Positions 62,501 through 64,000 of a DNA stretch of 64,000 nt are shown piece by piece. Origin of the DNA: the human T2T-CHM13v2.0 reference genome, Homo sapiens; the NCBI RefSeq assembly GCF_009914755.1, contig NC_060925.1; one strand, given 5' to 3'. The position numbers and the translations under genes were made by a program. Position 1 is the first letter of the stretch. Each line of letters opens with the position of its first letter. Under the pieces are notes generated by a model. It worked only from the letters and a program-made list of their open reading frames with translations. It was not told where the DNA came from and did no database searches.

Positions 62501-64000
62501 ATAAATAATATCTTTGCTTTGTATAGAATTATAAATTACAAACTATTATTTTGCTTAATCCTTTTAACCAACATGTGAGTCGGACAGGCTGGAGGATATT
62601 AGCTCCCATTTTACAGGCAGAGTGAAAACAAGCTGGGATAGAAGACCTGGGATTCCATACTCACAACTGCTTTTTTCCATGACTTTGTGATACATCATTT
62701 AAAAGTAATCTGATTTCACAGTGTTTTACAGTGTAAGAGTAACATCTATAGTATCTATTCCTGGCAGGCTAACTGTGGAGCCAACCAACCTAATTGATGG
62801 CCTCATAAGCTGGCATATTTTAAGGCATTCTTATACCTCTAACTCAATTTCCAGCTATATTTGAGGGCCCCATAAACCAAAATGTAGAAAGCTGTTCTGA
62901 AAGGATCAGGAAATACAATGGTTAAGCATGTTTTAAAGTTTAACCTAGGCCTGGCACATCCTTGTCAATTGCTCAGATGGCAAGCTGAGGCAATTAATTG
63001 AAGGGAGTAATGCGAGGGTCCACTTGGGGGTGGTCACTGATGAAAAACACAAGCAGAATCAGATCCACTGTTTTCAGGAAATCCCTGGAAGCCTTGTTGC
63101 TAGTTTCCTACATTATTACCAGCAGGACAAAGGGCAATACTTTTGGAGACTAGAATTTGCAAGGGAAAGGTTTATTAAGCTGCCTGCCTGGGGCCTAAAA
63201 AGCCAGACACTGCTAACTTTATCCAGGCCAAATGAAGAAAATGGTTCATTCCTTCCTGATCTGGGTTTTAAGGAGAGTGCTGATCATCAGAGAAATCAGG
63301 AAATTCTATCCTGAAGCCCAGGAGAGAAATGGTGGGCATTTCCCAGAGTTCTAGTAGGCACAGGGGGCAACACCATCTGCCACGTAAAGAGAAAAAGCTC
63401 TCTTGGTAAGCTTTGGTCTTCCACAGGACATGGAACCAGAAATGATCAACATCAGGGCCTGGGTGACCAGTCCTGATAAGAGCAGGACTTCCTCACATAA
63501 GGTGCATAGGTCCCTGAGGAGAAGGGTCTAAATACCCTAAAACTGCAAGCAAAATTTTGAGTGTGTGCATGTTTTTCTGCTGAAGAGGTCTTTCATTCTC
63601 AAATCCTGAGCTTTTAGAGAAAAAGGCTAAGCCAGTTGCAGGCTAGAATATAAAAGCCACCAGATATACTTGGAGTCAGCCAAGTCTGAGAGCTCTGAGA
63701 GCCACCACTGAAAAGTTGGAACATAGATGCACAGCAGAGACAACTGAGCAGTTCTTTTTGTGCCCTTCTTCCTAATTGTATTTCAAGTCTTTTAAAAATA
63801 AGGCCTTAGGAACTCCTAGATTCAAGTATACCCCTGGGCTTGGTGTACTGCTGCAGGAGTCTTAGGGTGTCTTGTACAAAATGCTTATTCACTCATGAAT
63901 ATTAAACCCCAGGATAGAAGATGCAACAAAGCAGGACTCCTTCCTCCATGGCATGTGCTGATTTCAGAGGATGTGGCAGCCAATATGGAGAGCATGGAAA

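Noticed and set aside
63649-63656. TATAAAAG as the promoter of a downstream plus-strand gene
   Set aside because: It is an isolated motif with no recognisable exon or ORF in the remaining 350 bp.

Overview
This is primate (almost certainly human) genomic DNA, not a prokaryotic window. It holds the whole minus-strand ODF2L gene (outer dense fiber of sperm tails 2-like, a coiled-coil centriolar-satellite protein), from a CpG-island promoter at ~55.85-56.46 kb to its 3' end near 7-12 kb. I traced 17 coding exons by hand using GT-AG boundaries and phase. They sum to 1911 nt (636 aa + stop) with the short DPETP* last exon. An alternative, ODF2-like last exon lies at 8782-8910. The rest of the window is transposon-rich: a decayed HERV-H/F-type gag-pro-pol fragment (1-3626), several L1s, about 10 Alus, MaLR LTRs including a nested provirus, an ERVL remnant, and MIR/L2/MER elements. 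I found no new multi-gene system. The most unusual signals are: (1) a young ~285-bp direct duplication bracketing exon 14 that ends exactly at a perfect 24-bp-arm palindrome; (2) an in-frame coding cassette exon recruited from an antisense L1; (3) G-to-A changes at all catalytic Asp codons of the ERV, suggesting APOBEC3 hypermutation; (4) a tailless retroposed 5' half of tRNA-Gly(TCC) with a 14-bp TSD; (5) an Alu-spacer-Alu unit inserted under a single TSD; (6) a uORF ending 4 nt before the ODF2L start codon. Repeat subfamily names come from recalled consensus sequences and repeat boundaries are approximate.
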